Part shown: positions 51,674-64,000 of the stretch, piece by piece | How the letters are laid out: each line of letters begins with the position of its first letter | Numbering within the stretch: position 1 is the stretch's first letter | Assembly: GCA_951406725.2 (NCBI GenBank) | Contig: OX597822.1 | Location: forward strand, 6,262,001-6,326,000 | DNA from: Octopus vulgaris | Taxonomy: Eukaryota | Length of the DNA: 64,000 nucleotides | Direction of reading: 5' to 3' | The notes under the pieces: generated by a model | What the model was told of the DNA's origin: nothing | What the model saw: only the letters and a program-made list of their open reading frames with translations | Database searches by the model: none | Position numbers and translations under genes: made by a program

Positions 51674-51875
51674 GCCGCAGGAGTGGCTGGGTGGTAAGTA
51701 GCTTGATTACCAATCACATGGTTCTGGGGTCAGTCCTACTGCGTGGCACCTTGGGCAAGTATTTTCTACTATAGCCTTGGGCTGACAAAGCCTTGTGAGT
51801 GGATATGTGTATCTGGATATGTGTGTGTGTGTGTATGTATGTTTGCGTGTCTGTCTTTGTTCCCCCCCCCCAACA
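51674..51875 (+). mobile_element. SINE family A, 5' portion
   Basis: gcaggagtggctgggtggtaagtagcttg...ccttgggcaagt. Confidence 0.85.
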
Positions 51876-51925
51876 AAGCGTAGGAACCGATATACGTACA
51901 TATATATGTATATACACACACACAC

Positions 51926-52037
<112 letters not shown>

Positions 52038-52038
52038 G

Positions 52039-52102
<64 letters not shown>

Positions 52103-53010
52103 TATATAATTAATATAAACAGTAGTTCGCAATATTTCACCAAACATGAGAATTTCAAATGTTAAAAATAAAAGCTAAACCTTTCTAATGCTGGAGTTAA
52201 CTTACACGAATGAAACCTAGCAGGGACCCTAATCGTCCGGAAAGTATATATATATATATATATATATATAATACAAAATGGGACAAAATGCAAAACATTC
52301 GGATAGTTAGGTGATACGAAAAGTGACAACAAAACATCCATATAGACGACACAAAGAAAACAAGGACGGGTCATTCGAAGTCCTCTATCCTCAGTCAAGT
52401 ACCTGATTATCCTCGCAATTTCGGCTGAATATTCTGGAGATCGCTCCAAAATACCCAGACCCAAGAAATAACTAAGCTACGAGCATTAGATTCATTGGAA
52501 GAAAGCAGCGAATGTATACAAAAAATGGACGGAAAAACGGACAAGGTTACACATATAAATACAATAAAAATAATAACAGGACATAACAACTGGTGTCTTT
52601 TAACTAAGGACGAATTGAATCAAGCTGGCGCGTGTGGAAATGAAGCCTTACGGCAGAGATACTAAGGTTCCACAAAACCTGGGAAAAATAACAATGTTGC
52701 ACGGACGGCAGTCAGATCAAAAACGAAAGAATAGGCTAGGTTGACCGGCGGTGACATGGAAATAGAAGAGAGACAAGGAGAAGCAGAGGTACAGAAGAAT
52801 TATGGAGGAGAAAGAAAAAAGGACAGGGGTACAGTGAAGTGAAAATTGGAGAGAACGTGAGTAAGAAGGGAAGGCAAAGAAATGCGAGAGAGGCGGAACG
52901 AAAGAACGAAAAGTGGAATTAACGAATAAGCGTGAAAGAGACAGAAATAGTCATACAAGATTTAGAAAAATTTGTACTTACATATAAGAGAGCAAAGTGT
53001 ACGTACGCCG

Positions 53011-53064
<54 letters not shown>

Positions 53065-53204
53065 CAGTGTACATTTAAACATATGAGGAATCTACTCGTG
53101 GGATTCAACACGCTAGAAAGAACAGCTAGGTACTATAACCACAAAATTAGGGATAAAATTCGACAGGAACGAAATGAAAAAATAAAAACATTTTACCATC
53201 TAGT

Positions 53205-53289
53205 TTCCTTGACCAATTGGTTTTTGATTTTAGTTTAGCAAGTAAATGAATAACATATACTCGCTAGGTGAAATCGTCTTCAGCAGGAA
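53205..53289 (-). ncRNA. Type I hammerhead motif homologous to 40783-40859, GAAA box mutated
   Basis: Minus strand UUCCUG-CUGAAGA-CGAUUU-[cacc-UAGCGAGUA...UACUUGCUA-aacua]-AAAUC-a-AAAA-CCAAUUGG-UC-AAGGAA. Shares flanking sequence (gctagaaa...agggataaa...aaaaacattt(t)accatc) with the 40.7-kb copy. Confidence 0.62.
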
Positions 53290-53509
53290 CACTTAAGGTT
53301 AAACGTATAAACACGAGTTGATCAAATTATGTGCCTCTTGTTTTTACATCATAATCTTTTCAAAATCTACTGCGCAGCCGCAGCCCTTCGCCAGCAATAA
53401 AAAAATGCCAACTTTTAAAAACCGAAAATTATCTAAAAACTTACAATACTTAGATAATTTTTTAGATAATTTTCGTGATATGAAAGAAAGAAGAGTGGAA
53501 TGGAATATA

Positions 53510-53554
<45 letters not shown>

Positions 53555-54330
53555 CCAAAGAGGGGGTTGTTTTTACGCAGGAAAAATATAGGAAAATATG
53601 TTGTTGTAATTGAGCCTAAATTTCAAAAACTCTTAAATGTTCAAAATGCATTTATTTACATATATACCGAACTAGTTTCAACAATATTGGTAAAAGTTTA
53701 AAATTAGAAAAACATCTTTAAATATTTCAATGTTGACAAATTAAAATGTTTCAATGTTGATAAATTAACATGTTCAAAACAGAAGGTTTGAATGTTCAAA
53801 GCAGTCAATAAAATTATAACTGTATATCAATTTGTTTGAATGTACAAAGTCCATTAATTTTAGTGGAATTCGACAAGTCATACTGAATAAAAAGTGTGAA
53901 ATGAAAATAGTAAAAAAAAGGGGGAATTTGGTATACAATTTCTCTCATCCTATTGTAATAGACGCTTTCGCTTGTAGTGGTCTGTTTTAGTAGTGGTTCT
54001 TCAGTTTATCTAAGCCCTGAAAAAGAAATCGGAATTTGCTCACCCCCAACCAACGCCTTTCACGATACCCTTAAAGCTAGGAACGTTTCAGCACCATATC
54101 GTATACTTACATATATAGAATTGTGAGTATGTGTGTGTGTGATGTGAGTGATTTTCTATTTGCATTCGCCCTCCACCACTGCTATACAACTTGTGTTGTT
54201 TTGCTTACGTTCCAGTAACATAATGACTTAGAAAGAAATAAGCACCGGGGACGATTTGTTCAACTAGTTCCTCTGAGGCAGTGTCCAAGCATGATCAGAG
54301 TCCAATGACTGGAAAAAGTAAAAGATAAAG

Positions 54331-54370
<40 letters not shown>

Positions 54371-54379
54371 GTGTGGGTA

Positions 54380-54410
<31 letters not shown>

Positions 54411-54498
54411 ATAATATATTATTATTATTATTAATATAAGGAAATTAATATCCAAACGCATCATAACGATATACCCGTGTGAAAATACTTATGGTATT

Positions 54499-54612
54499 AA
54501 AAATATATGTAAATAAATATAAATATATATAAAAATATATGTAAATAAATATAAATATATATAAAAATATATGTAAATAAATATAAATATATATAAAAAT
54601 ATATGTAAATAT
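54499..54612. repeat. 32-bp AT-rich minisatellite, about 3.5 copies
   Basis: aaaaatatatgtaaataaatataaatatatat in tandem. Confidence 0.88.
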
Positions 54613-55124
54613 GTATAAATTTAAATATAAAGTACATATATATATAGACATACATGCATATATGTGTATGAGTATGTATGTATATATACATACGTATGTA
54701 TGTATGTAAAAATACATATGCATATATGTGTGTATCTATGTGCGTGTATGTATGTGTGTGTTTGTGTGTGTGTGTGTATGTACGCATGTATATGTGTGTG
54801 GGGTGTGTGTGTGTCTGTGCTTGCATGAGTTTGTGAGGAGCTTAAAGGTTACCTCAAATCCTTTCGAGTATAAGCGACCGAAAGTGCAAGGAGCCGCGCT
54901 GAAGATCAGCATTCGACTGCAAGGTTAAGTTTCTTCAGCTGTTATTTGTACGCATTGTGAGCTGTGACTTGTATTCATTGTGATTGTCATTATTCAGTTT
55001 ATTTCAAGGTTTCTTGCCAATAGAGAAAGAACCAGTTTCTAACGTTGATTCAAGACTCCTTCATTGGAATTTCAACATCAACAACAGGGTATTTTTGTGT
55101 GTATATATACTCTTTTTAGTATTT

Positions 55125-55330
55125 TACTCTTTTACTTGTTTCAATCATTTGTATGTGGCCATGCTGGGGCACCACCTTTTAGTCGAGCAAATCGACCCCA
55201 GGACTTATTCTTTATAAGCCTAGTACTTATTCCATCGGTCTCTTTTTTGCGGAACTGCTATGTTACGGGGACGTAAACACACCAGCATCGGTTGTCAAGC
55301 GATGTTGGGAGTACAAACACAAACACACAA

Positions 55331-55368
<38 letters not shown>

Positions 55369-55566
55369 TGACACACACACATACACAGACACATACATAT
55401 ATACGACGGGTTTCTTTCTGTTTCCGTCTACCAAATCCACTCACAAGGCTTTCGTCGGCCCGAGGCTATAGTAGAAGGCACTTGCCCAAGGTCCCACGCA
55501 GTGGGACTGAACCCTAAACCATGTAGTTCATAAGCAAGCTACTTACCATACAGCCACTCCTACACC
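55125..55566 (-). mobile_element. Full-length SINE family A (more diverged)
   Basis: Full reverse-complement match with substitutions. Confidence 0.9.
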
Positions 55567-55962
55567 TACATGTGTTTATATATGTATGTGCAAATTTGTA
55601 CGTTTTATGTATGTATTCTCATGCATATAGTTGCATATTTATACGAGGTCATATATATTTAAATGATAAATTTATGGGAAGTTTTACAGATTTTTACAGT
55701 TCGAATGATGGAGTAGATCACCAGTCTTCGAATTAGGTGTCTACTTACTGGTTTTGAGAAAACTAATTTCTCAAGATTGGTATTTAGTCAGAGTGTTACG
55801 TATCTCAGGGCCCCAATGCTTACAGGTATAAACCTGAAATTGTATTACATATGTATGTTTTTATGTATGCATGTTTATATGTATGGTAAACACGTACATA
55901 TATATGCATGCAAACGCGTAAACACACATACATACACAAACACACGCACATAAATATATGCC

Positions 55963-56021
<59 letters not shown>

Positions 56022-56022
56022 G

Positions 56023-56059
<37 letters not shown>

Positions 56060-56060
56060 G

Positions 56061-56115
<55 letters not shown>

Positions 56116-56697
56116 GTATGTATGTATATATGTATGTATGCATACATACACCCTTGCTGTAATGTCTGTGCTATAAAAAACAGGATTTTCCAAACCTGAG
56201 ACAGTATCTTTTATTTTCGCTCGTCTTCATAAAAAACCTAAATCTTTTATGGTGGAAATATTGACCAATATACATATATACATACATATATATACACACA
56301 TATATATATATATATATATATATGCAGACAGAGAAAGAGAGAGAGAGAGAGATATAAGGAATGAAAGAGTGAAGGGGAGAAAGAGAGCCGTATGATCTCA
56401 TCGTTGAATATTCTGGCAATAATGAACTGATATTTGGTGAGTTCAAATGTTTGTATATGGTAATAAAAACGAAAGAAGATTATAACCCATTGAAGAAGAA
56501 GATGAAGAATATAAAGTCTGAAAATGAATGGTCTCGCTATAATACAAATAATATAACAAGCCAAGAAATACCTATACTTATGATGAGATGAAAGTGTTTC
56601 TTTTCTGTGATGGCTCCACCGTCGATCTAAACATAGTCAATCAATGTAGAGGACAGAAAATTAAGAGACATATGTAGTAGTAGTAATAGTAATAGTG

Positions 56698-56765
<68 letters not shown>

Positions 56766-56901
56766 GGTAGTGGTGGTAATATTGGTGATTGTTGTTATAG
56801 TAATAGGAATATCATATAAAGAAAAAGTAGAGGAATGTGTAAGACGAGTTGTAGTTTTAACATTAGTAGCAATAGTAAAATAATATGGAAAAACGAAGAT
56901 A

Positions 56902-56937
<36 letters not shown>

Positions 56938-57992
56938 CGGTTGTAATAGTATGAATGGGAACATAAAGGAGAGAACAAGGAGAAATGAAAGAAAAGACTA
57001 AGATGGCGAATGACTGATACGAACAAAATGAAAAAAATAGAGAGAAATAAAAGGAGAGAAAAGGATGTGAAAGAAAGGGAATAATAATCGTATTTTATTG
57101 GCCACAAGTGTCCATACATACAATACAAAACGTGTCATACAAAAGAGTTACAAATCATGTGGGGGTTGGATGTTCATAGATGTATACATACGTGCATAAA
57201 AAATTTAAGTACATAGAAACATGTGTATATGTATCTTAGGGTGTGGGTAAAAAACGTAGAATTAAAACTTGGTACCGAAAAAGTATAAGCGAAGGCAAAT
57301 CACCTTCGGAAGACTGAAGATCTACTAACGAATGTATATGAAATTGCCGTCTGTGTACTGAGGACTTCAAAATACCCTGTGACAATTTTTACCCTTACCC
57401 GAACCATCTTGCGGTCCACATTTACTTGGCCATGATCTATCGCCTCTCGTTAGACTATCGCTGTGACACTCATCAAATATGTTCTATTTGAACGCTGAAT
57501 TGTTGTTTCCACCTTCTTTACGTAAATCAATATATTATCTGATTGGTCATTTGATTCGCTCTTTTTTCAGATTCAGCATTAAATCAAATAAACTAAGACC
57601 ATTTTCTGAAATACTGCAAAACTCAGGTAGTCAATGGACGATGGTACGTCTTTATGTGAGACTTGCATGAATTTTTTCTTAACTCGGCGGTTTTTTTTTT
57701 TATCCCATATTTATTCTTACTCACTGTGACGCTTCTCTTCACCTTTCTCCAGTCTATATGTCCACCTAAACGCCGCATTAAATATGATACTAAAACGTAT
57801 ATTTTACGGTCCTGTGCAGAAGGAAGAAACCCATTGACCTCCCTACTGTAGTCGGTCGTTGGTGATCATGACAGTGAGGTTGAGATCATTTAATTGCGCA
57901 TTACTGAGACGTGCGGTGGAGGCGCGTGGCTAGGTATGATCGTAAGATTGTGGTTTTGATTCCTGTATAGGGCGACGTGTTGTGTTCTTGCT

Positions 57993-58376
57993 TTTTAGTC
58001 GAAGAAATCTCCCTCAGTACTTATTCTTTGTAAGGCCAGTACTTATTCTTTGTAAGGCCAGTACTTATTCTATCGGACTATCTTGCCGAACCACTAATGT
58101 ACGGGGACGTAAGCGCACCAACATTGGTTGTTAATGGTGGAGGACGAACACAGACACAAACACATAAGTGTATGTATATATATAAATAAATATATATATA
58201 TATATATATATACATATATATACGACAGGCTTCTTTCAATTTCTGTCGACCAAATCCACTCACAAGTGTTGGGTCAGCTCGAGGCTAAAGTAGAAGATAC
58301 TTGCCCAAGGTGGGATTGAACTCGAAATCATGTGGTTTGGAAGCAAGCTTCTTATCACAACAGCCACGCCTGCACC
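57993..58376 (-). mobile_element. Diverged SINE family A with an internal 22-bp tandem duplication
   Basis: cagtacttattctttgtaaggc twice at 58015-58058; remaining family-A motifs recognisable. Confidence 0.8.
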
Positions 58377-58609
58377 TTTATTGTAAAGAGTCAATTAACA
58401 AAATGTGTATGCAGTTTAAAAGTGTCTAGGAGCAAGGACACTTTTCTGCACAGCACCATTCAATCGGCTCTCACATGTTTCAAAGTCACCTCCAGAACTA
58501 AAAAGAAAAAAACAAAAAAACACGCAAAAGAAATTCCGTCTCAAACAATAAACCTGAGAGAAATCATTTTGCAAAGTTCTGTGAAACGCGACTGTTCGCA
58601 GCATACAGC

Positions 58610-58686
58610 AGCCGCAACTACTACTACTACCACCATCACCACCACCACCACCACTACTACTACTACTACTGCTGTTGCTGCTGCTG

Positions 58687-58755
<69 letters not shown>

Positions 58756-58776
58756 GTGCTGCTGCTGCTGCTGCTG

Positions 58777-58828
<52 letters not shown>

Positions 58829-58872
58829 CACCATTACCACCACCACCACCTACTATTACTACTACTACTACT
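58610..58872. repeat. Compound in-phase trinucleotide repeat (ACT/ACC/GCT)
   Basis: Direct reading; produces the spurious poly-T/A/S ORFs. Confidence 0.93.
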
Positions 58873-59973
58873 CGACTGGTGTTCATTTAATCCACCCCAA
58901 AAGGATCACGATTGCATTTTAACGTAAGTGCGGAAGAAATACAGATAAGCATTTTGTCCGGCGCAGTAACAATTATGTAAGCTCGCTGCCATCGATTCAT
59001 CATCATCATCATCATCATCATCATATTAATAATAATAATAATAATAACAATAATAATAATAATAACAGCAGTAGCAGTAGTACGAGTAGTAGCAGTAGTC
59101 ATTATTTTAAATTTAAGAGCAATGTTATTAATTATAAATAATTACAACTAGAGCGAGACGCGAACGTGGAGTGCAAACGCTCGCGAATAAATCTCAACTC
59201 TGTTAGTTGAACAGCCTCGTGATGAAAATAATAATAATCAATACATAAATAATTCAATGAATATATGAATTAAATATATATATATATATAATAAATGAAT
59301 AAATGATTAAATGAGTGAAAGAACACTTCAAAGGAAACTAGAAAATATTGTCGTCTTTCATAACACAGATACATTACAACAACACTTCCTGATAGACGCT
59401 AATATAGAATGTTTAACTTCCTGTTGTCAGTCTTAAGAGTTCACCTAGTTAGACTGAATGTTAATATAACTATGCAATACGGACGTCGATACAAAATAAA
59501 AAAAAAAAACTTAAATCATGAATAATATCAGAATGTTACAGGAAATATTTATCCTCGATTCAAATATTCATGATTCAAGAGTTGAATGCTTTGTGATAGT
59601 TTAGGAGTTTTGGTTTCTAAGTGTTTAACACAATCTCTGAGCGTCGTTACAAGAATATTTGACTTAATCCTTTACTTTTTTTTTTATAACCAAACACTGT
59701 TAAACAACTGGGAAAAATACAATGGTCTCAATTTATTGGAATATTGTGAATACTTCTTCATTTGAGTTTCCATATACATTGATATGGTTTTCATCCTATC
59801 CTATTCCTGCGTCTGAAGGAGTACATGTGCTGTGTGCACTGGGTTTCAAATATGTTCTCTGTTAGCTATATATAGGGATGTGTCAGTGTTCACTGATGTT
59901 GTTATTATTCTTTCACATAACAATGTGTTTGAAAAATATTTCCCCTGATCTGTAGGCAATTAACAAGAGAAGA

Positions 59974-60380
59974 GGATCTTTTCGGTTTGACCGGCAGTTT
60001 TTAAAAATAATTTCCACGTAACTAAACACTTTTAAACTTCGTATACTGGTAGAATGTGTTTATAAAACATCTTTTTCTCTTGGCTTTATTGAGAAAATTC
60101 TATAGTTTGTAAGATATTTGTTGATTTTTTTCAATTTTTGCAATTTCAACCAATCAATGACGTCCATTGAGGTGAAAAAATTCTGTGCCGTATGAATATG
60201 TCCCTCGTTTAAGAAACAGATTGGGTTTATTTACATTTCTGAAGAAAAAAAGATACCCTTCCCCCACCCCTAACCCTAAAACAGATTGAAATGCAATAGA
60301 TCGATAGTAGGGTCATAATTATGGGTGACAATTTCATATGACACCGCTAGAAAAAACTGCCGGTCAAACCGAAAAGATCC
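59974..60380. mobile_element. 407-bp MITE, Merlin-like (perfect 29-bp TIRs starting GG, 8-bp TSD)
   Basis: TIR ggatcttttcggtttgaccggcagttttt (59974-60002) and its exact reverse complement (60352-60380); TSD agagaaga at 59966-59973 and 60381-60388. Confidence 0.92.
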
Positions 60381-60419
60381 AGAGAAGAACTATGCTTTGA
60401 GCTGTAGCTGTAGCTTTAG

Positions 60420-61900
60420 TTATATAATTGAGGAGCATTTTCTACATCAGATTATGAGTGATGCTGAGGTCCAGTATTTGGTTCTATCAGCTATCGATTG
60501 ATATTATCTCCATACTGCTCTTAAGGGAAGAGGCCTGAGGTGCGATGATTATTTTTCTTGATAATAGCAGCACTGTTTATCGCTTGATGAAGGTAAGGTT
60601 GGAATAACAATAGGATGTTTTCCGTACTTGTAATTCATGGAATCCGCGCAGATTTGACAAGAATTGTTTTGGTTGCATGTAACTAACGCTTGTGGGTGTC
60701 AAAATGAAGGGTAATGCCATCTTCCTGAGAATGGGATTTCTTGGAAATTAGTGCCTGTGAGATAGAGATCTGGGAACAAAATCGAAGCCTGGGATACATC
60801 ATATTTGATAGAAGGTAATCGAACGGAGATCAATTTCTACACGCTACGACAATGCGGTCTGACAGGCAGCTACCTATTAAGGAGACAGCAGACAGATGGG
60901 GCCCGTAGTGTGGTAGGTTTAGCACAAAAATAAGGCGGCGAGCTGGCAGAATCGTTAGCACACCGGGTGAAATGCTTAGCGGTATTTCGTCTGCCGCTAC
61001 GTTCTGAGTTCAAATTCCGCCGAGGTCAACTTTGCCTTCCATCCTTTTGGGGTCGATTAAATAAGTACCAGTTACGCACTGGGGTCGATATAACCGACTT
61101 AATCCGTTTGTCTGTCTTTGTTTGTCCTCTCTGTGTCTAGCCCCTTTTGGGTAGTAAAGAAATAGGTTTAGCACAAAATCCATTGCTAGACAGTTGAAAG
61201 TATTGCAAATGAGGAAGGTAATCGCATTTCTTTCAAAGTCATTTAGGTACAGTTTTAGATGTTAGTCATAACTGTTTTGTTATCGATGGCTGACTACATG
61301 AGTTTGAGATGTACATTTTGTATTGATATGAACATGTTTGGTTTTCAAGGATAGAATGCTACATTCATACTGTCTGGAGGTGCATATCAACGATTTTCCT
61401 TTCCTTGTCTTCTGTTTGTTTGTGAGCTGCTCCACGTATTTCAGTTTCTCTCTGTAGTCGCCACATCCTTGTAAAACGACGTTCTGAAAGCAATTCATCT
61501 TTATCAAATATATAGACTGTATATATTACAATACTGTATTACAAAGAAGGAACATCAAAGAAAAACTGACGTACAAGATACAACCCACATATATTCTAGT
61601 ATTCCATACGTATAAATCTCATCTCTGATCAGCAACCTTTTGTCCATAACCTAGAAGTATGAGATTTTCAGAAAACAGAAAACGAAAAGACATTAGTGTG
61701 AAGATTATATAGTCAGTTCTTTCCTTGTTATCACATTAATTGCTTCACACAATGTCCGGATTTCTTGTTTAACGTTCAAAACATTCCCTTTTTCTGTGCA
61801 TAAAATGCTAAAGACTGGTAGGATGTCATTTGTTTGTAATTTGGTTTCAATTTTTCTTGCAGGTACAGTAATTATGAAACAGCTTATTAGGTAGTTGATT
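60420..61900 (-). mobile_element. Ancient CR1/L2/jockey-group reverse transcriptase relic, interrupted by a SINE
   Basis: Broken minus frames LNLPHYG...LIGSCLSDR...YDVSQASILFPDLYL (GVPQGSILGPLLF-like) at about 60760-60925; boundaries approximate. Confidence 0.45.
60930..61162 (+). mobile_element. Full-length SINE family B with a 16-bp TSD
   Basis: aaggcggcgagctggcagaatcgttagc...gggtagtaaagaaa; TSD taggtttagcacaaaa at 60914-60929 and 61163-61178. Confidence 0.93.
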
Positions 61901-62975
61901 CGCATAATTACGCTGTATATTGAAGCAGGAATATCACTCTAATATTCGCCTGCTCAGCCCCCAACGAAAGTTGAACAGCCATTTCCATACTCATCTTTAA
62001 TCCTTAATAGTGAATTTACAAGGATATGAGGCCGGAGCTCATCCAATTTTCTGAGCGGCTTTAGGTGATTTAGTATAAGGCATTTCCCTCAATGAAGCGC
62101 TAACGTGCTGTATCATTTGCTCCCAGATGTTACTGGTCTTGGCAGCAACATAACCTGGAATACGTTGTTTAAGGATGCAACGCGCATCTCTGACCGAAGT
62201 CAATACCACGACTTAAACACGTGTGAGCGCAACATCCTCCAGCACAGAAACCAAGAGGATACGTGTCTTCCTACACTCATGTATTTCGATTCGAGAACAA
62301 CAAAATTTCAGTAAAATCTTATCATCTGATTTTAAGCAACAACTAGAAAATCAGGAAATCTTTAAGATTGGATTCGCTTAATTCATATTTCTATAACTTC
62401 AGCAATTCACAAGATTTCCAAAAGGATATAAAGCTTAGAGAGGAATAAACAGAAAGCAGAAAACATACAAATACACGTATAGAAGTTAGGAAAGAAAGTA
62501 AGTTTAAATAGAAAATTCTAAGGAAAAGAGATTTAATAAAAATAGAAAAATAAAAATAAAATAAATTTAATGAATTATCATAACTTTAAATGTATTTAGA
62601 GATTCCGCAACTTTTATACTCGCAAGACATTCATCTATCTAAGACTAAATTTTGAAAATGACAGAATTTGTCTCTTTTTCTCCCCTCTCTCCCCTGCTAT
62701 AACTATTTAATGGCTTCAACCAGAGGCTGAGTTCATGCTGGAACGCGCGCGCACTCACACACACACATGTACACACATATACGGACATATAAAAATACAT
62801 AGAATAGAATCATGAGATATAAGTATTCCGGTACATATGACAAAGATTTCGTCTCGTACGATCTATGTGTGCGGTTTTATGCACCAAACGGCTTTATGAG
62901 AGGGTCTCTCCAGGCTAGAAACACAGTGTTCGTTGTTCTAACAAGGCACCAATGCTAAGATTGATACACAGACAT

Positions 62976-62977
<2 letters not shown>

Positions 62978-63017
<40 letters not shown>

Positions 63018-63065
63018 ACACACACACGCACGCGCACACACACAGACACACACACACACATACAC
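62978..63065. repeat. (CA)n microsatellite
   Basis: Direct reading. Confidence 0.95.
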
Positions 63066-63592
63066 AAATATGCATGCACACACTCACACATTTCGATGTT
63101 GACGGTTCTCCATCGCTTTCGACGATGATACTTGCGTTGTTCCATCAACTCAAATACTTGCTCATTGAGAAGAAACTGCAGTTGTTTGATAATTTGAAAT
63201 ACATGGATTTTTAAGCAATATTTTAAAGCAATATTTTAAAGCAATATTCTTTCAGAAACAGCGAAACACAACGTGTGCAATCTGTTTACCTATGAATTAC
63301 CAATACGTTCTATCCGACGAGCTTGCTCAGATGGATAAGAACTGAAATTTGAAGCTCTTTATTCAGCCGTAGCACATCAGTATTAAAAGTAAGCTATAAG
63401 AACAATCCTTGTTGAGTTTTTATGGAAGAAGAAATGCATATAAACACATGTATGCTTAAAACAGCTTACAGAATAAAGGAAATACAAGTCTTATCTCAAC
63501 ATGTGTTTCGGGAGCACCGTGACTTATGCCATAAACATGTAGTATGCGTATGACAGCATTCCTCTCCCGAAAGAGGATCAACTAACGTGGCT

Positions 63593-63997
63593 TACTCTCT
63601 TTTACTCTCTTTTACTTGTTTCAGTCTTTTGCCTGCGGCCATGCTGGAGCACCGCCTTTAGTCGAGCAAATCGACCCCGGGACTTATTCTTTGTAAGCCC
63701 AGTACGTATTCTATTGGTCTCTTTGGCCGAACCGCTAAGTGACGGGGACGTAAACACACCAGCATCGGTTGTCAAGCAATGCTAGGGGGACAAACACAGA
63801 CACACAAACACACACATACATATATATACATATATACGACAGGCTTCTTTCAGTTTCCGTCTACCAAATCCACTCAGAAGGCATTGGTCGGCCCGAGGCT
63901 ATAGTAGAAGACACTTGGCCAAGATGCCACGCAGTGGGACTGAACCCGGAACCATGTGGCTGGTGAGCAAGCTACTTACCACACAGCCACTCCTGCG
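63593..63997 (-). mobile_element. Full-length SINE family A
   Basis: Full reverse-complement match. Confidence 0.93.
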
Positions 63998-64000
63998 CTT

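Noticed and set aside
52370-52430. CUGAGGA and GAAA motifs on the minus strand in a (TA)n-flanked block
   Set aside because: I could not build stems I-III consistently in any hammerhead topology.

Overview
Repeat-dense, AT-rich animal genomic DNA, most likely from an octopus or other coleoid cephalopod (inferred from the SINE, R4/Dong and microsatellite repertoire). I could not support any host protein-coding exon. Nearly all ORFs in the supplied track are microsatellite or SINE read-throughs. The only intact gene is a 414-aa L1/Tx1-type ORF1 protein (2006-3250; RRM-like region plus CCHC knuckle). It sits in a compact 2.2-kb unit with no ORF2 (1325-3546) that has its own Inr/DPE-like promoter, an ATG-free leader and a terminal AATAAA. 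The unit is inserted with a perfect 18-bp TSD into the tRNA head of a SINE, i.e. a 'half-L1'-like element. A second hidden layer is a set of minimal type I hammerhead-ribozyme motifs next to (TA)n tracts (39784, 40783, 53205; degenerate at 6586 and 51410), two of them homologous with covarying stems. The rest is about 25 tRNA-derived SINE copies of several families, eight co-oriented R4/Dong LINE fragments nested in (TAA)n, a Penelope GIY-YIG remnant, a decayed mariner, a Merlin-like MITE with perfect 29-bp TIRs and an 8-bp TSD, two long fold-back palindromes, old CR1/RTE-like relics and many microsatellites.
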